A stretch of DNA of 63,853 nucleotides, the filler included. It is 8 parts of 8 records of this genome, joined end to end, with 100 filler letters (N's around TTAATTAATTAA, not from the genome) between each part and the next. Parts side by side here need not be neighbours in the genome. Positions count along the whole stretch, not along the records: positions 58,715 to 63,853 come from SRR31156797_12439; 7 more parts are not named here. One strand, given 5' to 3'. The notes under the pieces were generated by a model that did no database searches, was not told where the DNA came from, and saw nothing but the letters and a program-made list of their open reading frames with translations. Shown in pieces: positions 59,977 through 63,853 of this stretch. Every line of letters begins with the position of its first letter. Position 1 is the stretch's first letter. The translations under genes and the position numbers were made by a program.

Positions 59977-60284
59977 TATAAATTACAAGCCTTTGTTAAA
60001 ATTGGAAGCTCAATATCTAAAGTCATAATCTCTTTTATTGAAGCTTGTCTAAACTCATCAAGGGGAGTTCTAACTGAATAATAAGCCCATCGCCCTTCTC
60101 TATCTACTCTTAAAAATCCTGCTTCTTTTAGTATCTTTAAGTGCCTTGATAGTCTTGATTGAATCATATCAAAAGAGTTTTCTAAGTCACATACGCAACA
60201 TTTTCCATGGATATTTAAAAATTTTAATAATTTTACTCTTGTCTCATCATTTAATGCTGATGCAGACTTTAAAAAAATATCCAT
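59976..60284 (-). CDS. arsR: ArsR/SmtB metalloregulator
   Basis: ALNDETR, CCVCDL, QSRLSRHLKILKEAG. Confidence 0.92.
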   Translation of the reverse strand: MDIFLKSASALNDETRVKLLKFLNIHGKCCVCDLENSFDMIQSRLSRHLKILKEAGFLRVDREGRWAYYSVRTPLDEFRQASIKEIMTLDIELPILTKACNL

Positions 60285-60343
60285 AAAAAATGTTCCTTTT
60301 AGTATTTTACTTCTTCGATTTTAAAACTATAGCAAAAAAAACT

Positions 60344-60371
60344 TAATATATCAATATATCTTGATATATTA
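60344..60371. promoter_or_regulatory. ArsR-type operator, near-perfect palindrome TAATATATCAATATATCTTGATATATTA
   Basis: Upstream of arsR; one mismatch from perfect dyad. Confidence 0.75.
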
Positions 60372-61046
60372 GATTACATCTTTTTGAAACTCCTCAATAC
60401 CTACAATTCTTCTTTCTAATCTACTTTTTAAACTATCTTTATAATCTTGTGCTAAAGAGTCTAATTTTAAAAGTTCTAATACTTCTTTTTCATATTTTAT
60501 AGGATTTAGATAACAATTAGATATAAACTCTATTGAATACTTTGTATTAACTCTTTTTTCTAAATTGAAGCTATCACTTTTTGAAATCTTGCCCTCTTTT
60601 ATAGTTCGTAGTAAAAATCCTGTTTTACACTCTTGAACTAAAGTTTTTGTTAGATTTTTTATTCCTGTAACTTTTGAAATAACAAAACAAGGAACCCTTG
60701 GCTGAGAAACTTCCAATAATGTTTCACCACAAGAAAAGATATCTCCAATATAAATATCATTGTCTGAACAATTTTCCAATGTAATATTTTCACCAAAAGA
60801 GCACTCTTTTAATTTAATATCAAATTTCTCTTCTAAAAAGTCGTATGAACCTTGGGAATAAATACAAACAGCTCTATCTACTCCTCCATGATTTTTCTTA
60901 TCAACTTGCTCATCATTTTTTATACCAAGTTTAGAAACATGAATTTCATTTTGTGCTTCTTTTTTATAAGCACTATTTAGTATTCTATTACTTAATTTGT
61001 ACTCTTTTGATTTTCCTACAAAAAGATTTTTTATTTCAAAATGCAT
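60369..61046 (-). CDS. MOSC domain protein (YiiM-like)
   Basis: HGGVDRAV, FGENIT, VSQPRVPC. Confidence 0.9.
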   Translation of the reverse strand: MHFEIKNLFVGKSKEYKLSNRILNSAYKKEAQNEIHVSKLGIKNDEQVDKKNHGGVDRAVCIYSQGSYDFLEEKFDIKLKECSFGENITLENCSDNDIYIGDIFSCGETLLEVSQPRVPCFVISKVTGIKNLTKTLVQECKTGFLLRTIKEGKISKSDSFNLEKRVNTKYSIEFISNCYLNPIKYEKEVLELLKLDSLAQDYKDSLKSRLERRIVGIEEFQKDVI

Positions 61047-61152
61047 CTATTTCCTTTAAAAATGAAATATTACAGTTTAATTTCTTACTATTAATTTACA
61101 TCTATTTAAACTTATTGTATACTTCAATAATAACTTAGCTAGGAACCAATAT

Positions 61153-63594
61153 ATGGCATTAAATGCAATAAAAATAATTTTTACTTTTATAATACTATTA
61201 ACTTGCTCCTATGCAAACAACTCTTTAAGACTATCTAATAACTTAAAATCTAATATTGATATTTTAGCAAATCAAGTTGAATTATACTTTCAAACAAATA
61301 CAGGGAAAAGAGAAGTCTATATTGCTAACTTATTTAAAGTATATTATGAAAACTATGACAAGATAGCTGCTTTTGAAATAAAAAATGACTTTAAGACAAT
61401 ATATAGCTCATTTAGAGATGATGAATCAATGAGCCTTTTTAAAGATGTTGAATTATCTCTAAATTTTGACAAGACTGATGAGTATTATGAAAAAGAGATA
61501 CTAAATTTAAAGGGACAAAAAATAGCTACTTTAGTAGTATATTTTAAAAAGACAATCAACTTTTCAAAGCAAGAGCTTGAATACTTACAAAATAAAAAAG
61601 TATTAAGAGTTCAAAATGATGCAAGTTTACCTCCATATAACTTCAACGAAAATGGAATCCCTACAGGTTATGCAATAGACTATTTAGAACTAATTGCAAA
61701 TGAATTAGCACTAGAACTAGAGTTTGTCCAAGGGAAATGGGACGACTTTATGAATATGCTAGAAGACGAAGAACTTGATTTAATGATTAATGTTTTAAAG
61801 TCAAAACAAAGAGAAGAGAGATTCCTTTTTTCAAATAAAGCTTTTGTAACTTCACCTCTAGCTATGCTAACTAGAATTGAGCACAAAAATGTTCACACTT
61901 TCAAAGAGATGGAAGGTGAGACTATGGCTCTTGTTGAGGGATACCACAGTTATGATAGAGTAAAAAGAGATTATCCTAAAATTGATGTTTATCCAACACC
62001 TGACACAATTACTATGATGAAAGCAGTTTCACAAGGAAAAGCAGATGGAGCATATGGTTTAAAATCAGTTTTAGATTACAACATAAACAAACACTATTTA
62101 TCAAACCTAAAAACAATGAGAAATACAGATGATGATGAGTTTGGCTTCTATTTTGCATACAACAAAGAAAACCTTATTTTAAAAAGTATTATACAAAAAG
62201 CAGAAAAACTAATCTCAAAAAAAGATATCGAAGAGTTAAATAACAAATGGTTCCAAAAATTTAAAGAGACAAAAAAAAGAAGTAAAAACTACCTTTTTAC
62301 TCAATCAGAAATATTCTATTTAAATAAAAAAGGTGCAATAACAATGTGTATTGACCCAGATTCTGCACCTTTTGAATTCCTTACTAGAAAAGGAGAATAC
62401 TCTGGAATTATTGCAAACTTTATGGAGACTATGTCAAAAAACTCTGGTATAAAGTTTGAAATACTTGGTAAAGAATCATGGAGTTCATCTTTAGATGCGG
62501 TTAAAAATCAATTGTGTGATATCTCACCTTTTACTGTTCAAACTGCTGAGAGAACTGAGTACCTTAACTTTACAAAAAAATACTTCACTTTTTCAAATGT
62601 AATTGCAACAAAAGATTCAGAGATTTTTATTGACTCTTTAGATGATATAAAAGATAAGAAAATAGCTGTTGTGAAAGATTATGCTACAAAAGATTTTATA
62701 AAAAGAAAATACCCTAATATAAAAATTGTAGAAGTTGACAATACTTTAGAAGGATTAAAAAAAGTAAGCAAATCAGAAGTATTTGCACATGTAGGACTTT
62801 TTCCTGCAGTAGCTCAAACACTTCAAAAGAACAATATTCAGAATGTAAAGATTACAGGAAAAACTTCTATTGATATTGAAGCTAAGATTGCTATTAGAAA
62901 TGATGAACCTATTTTACAAAGTATTTTAAACAAAGCAATTAATTCTGTAAAAGAAGAAGAGAAGGAACAAGTACTTGATAAATGGCTTACAATCATTAAA
63001 GAAGAAGGATTAAATACAAAACTATTTATACAGATAATTACGGCTATAGTAGTCATCTCTGCACTTATTATCTTCTTTGTTATTTACAATTCAAATAAGA
63101 AATTAAGAAGATTGTCTCAAACAGATAAATTAACTAATGTGTACAACCGATTTAAGCTTGATTCTTTAATTGAAGAAGAGATGAATAGAAGAAAAAGATA
63201 TGGACAAGAATTAAGTATTGTTCTTATTGATATAGATTTCTTTAAAAAGATAAATGATATTCACGGCCACTTATCAGGGGATAAAATACTTCAAGAGTTT
63301 TCTAAAACTATAAAAAGAAATCTTAGAGAAACAGATCATTTTGGAAGATGGGGAGGAGAAGAATTCCTTGTTATTTTACCTAATACAAATAGCGAAGAGG
63401 CATATATTCTTGCTGAAAAACTAAGACAAACTATTGAAACTGCTAAGTTTTATAAAGATATAAAAGTAACTGCTAGTTTTGGTATCGCACAATGCGAAGA
63501 TATAGATAGTAATAAATGTTTAAATAATGTAGATAAAGCTTTATATGAAGCTAAAAATAGTAATAGAAATTGTGTGAAGATTTATAAAAAGTAG
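61153..63594 (+). CDS. Diguanylate cyclase with two periplasmic substrate-binding domains
   Basis: Two PBP repeats (PPYNF, APFEF), TM, DIDFFKKIND, RETD I-site, RWGGEEF. Confidence 0.93.
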   Translation: MALNAIKIIFTFIILLTCSYANNSLRLSNNLKSNIDILANQVELYFQTNTGKREVYIANLFKVYYENYDKIAAFEIKNDFKTIYSSFRDDESMSLFKDVELSLNFDKTDEYYEKEILNLKGQKIATLVVYFKKTINFSKQELEYLQNKKVLRVQNDASLPPYNFNENGIPTGYAIDYLELIANELALELEFVQGKWDDFMNMLEDEELDLMINVLKSKQREERFLFSNKAFVTSPLAMLTRIEHKNVHTFKEMEGETMALVEGYHSYDRVKRDYPKIDVYPTPDTITMMKAVSQGKADGAYGLKSVLDYNINKHYLSNLKTMRNTDDDEFGFYFAYNKENLILKSIIQKAEKLISKKDIEELNNKWFQKFKETKKRSKNYLFTQSEIFYLNKKGAITMCIDPDSAPFEFLTRKGEYSGIIANFMETMSKNSGIKFEILGKESWSSSLDAVKNQLCDISPFTVQTAERTEYLNFTKKYFTFSNVIATKDSEIFIDSLDDIKDKKIAVVKDYATKDFIKRKYPNIKIVEVDNTLEGLKKVSKSEVFAHVGLFPAVAQTLQKNNIQNVKITGKTSIDIEAKIAIRNDEPILQSILNKAINSVKEEEKEQVLDKWLTIIKEEGLNTKLFIQIITAIVVISALIIFFVIYNSNKKLRRLSQTDKLTNVYNRFKLDSLIEEEMNRRKRYGQELSIVLIDIDFFKKINDIHGHLSGDKILQEFSKTIKRNLRETDHFGRWGGEEFLVILPNTNSEEAYILAEKLRQTIETAKFYKDIKVTASFGIAQCEDIDSNKCLNNVDKALYEAKNSNRNCVKIYKK

Positions 63595-63613
63595 GAATTT
63601 TTCCCTACCTTTT
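63587..63613. terminator. Bidirectional terminator between convergent genes
   Basis: AAAA-GTAGG-loop-CCTAC-CTTTT. Confidence 0.55.
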
Positions 63614-63621
63614 ATTATTTA

Positions 63622-63853
63622 TTATAATTCGTTTTTAATTCTTTCAACTAAAGACTCAACTGTAAATCCAAACTCTTTAAATAGTTCACCAGCTGGTCCA
63701 GAAGCACCGAATGTATCCATTCCAAATACTTCGTCAGCAAATTTATAATACTCTAAACCTCTTGCAGCTTCAACAGCAAATACTTTTGTAGAAGGCTTGA
63801 TGATTTTTGAGATATACTCTTTGTCTTGCTCAACTAAAAGGTCAAAACAAGGA
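63622..63853 (-). CDS. tkt: Transketolase C-terminus (runs off the window)
   Basis: PCFDL..AVEAA..GMDTFGASGPAGELFKEFGFT. Confidence 0.88.
   Translation of the reverse strand, partial: PCFDLLVEQDKEYISKIIKPSTKVFAVEAARGLEYYKFADEVFGMDTFGASGPAGELFKEFGFTVESLVERIKNEL

Overview
The window is not one locus. It is eight contigs joined by identical 100-nt N/TTAATTAATTAA/N spacers, so gene neighbourhood cannot be read across the gaps. (1) 1-6037 is an AT-rich accessory/defence-like region with a triple cold-shock + DUF3825-like protein, decayed JAB and other gene remnants, and a small cassette: hypothetical gene, structured leader with antisense promoter and 9-aa uORF, Cas2/VapD-like 'SinR-family' protein, YjzC. 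(2) 6138-16409 is GC-rich, probably spirochaetal, housekeeping DNA: cNMP-gated channel, ftsK, uppP, SLT, a sigma54-preceded degenerate homocitrate-synthase-like gene, nadE, gnd. (3) 16510-24838 holds a divergent 23S rRNA-derived segment with two mutually complementary 19-nt insertions, upstream of a SNF2 helicase-DUF4391-Mod-RhuM-Res type III R-M locus. (4) 24939-30397 has TRAP/TAXI, ferredoxin and a cysteine synthase-CysRS fusion lacking HIGH/KMSKS. (5) 30498-39741 has a LuxR solo, a Ni/peptide-type ABC operon, a thioesterase and an acyl-CoA ligase. (6) 39842-49793 is a 10-gene envelope locus (ECF sigma, ZAS anti-sigma, DUF4384 lipoprotein, secreted caspase-FGE, MotA/TolQ-like, lytic transglycosylase) with three identically spaced ECF-type promoters. 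(7) 49894-58614 has purM, tsaD, a metal/Fe-S cluster, nagZ, DMT and the start of rocD. (8) 58715-63853 is very AT-rich, Arcobacter-like DNA: ars cluster, MOSC, diguanylate cyclase and the tkt end. The best candidates for something undescribed are the remodelled 23S-like RNA, the ECF/caspase/SLT regulon and the antisense-controlled leader cassette. Family and taxon calls come from motif recognition by eye, not from database searches.
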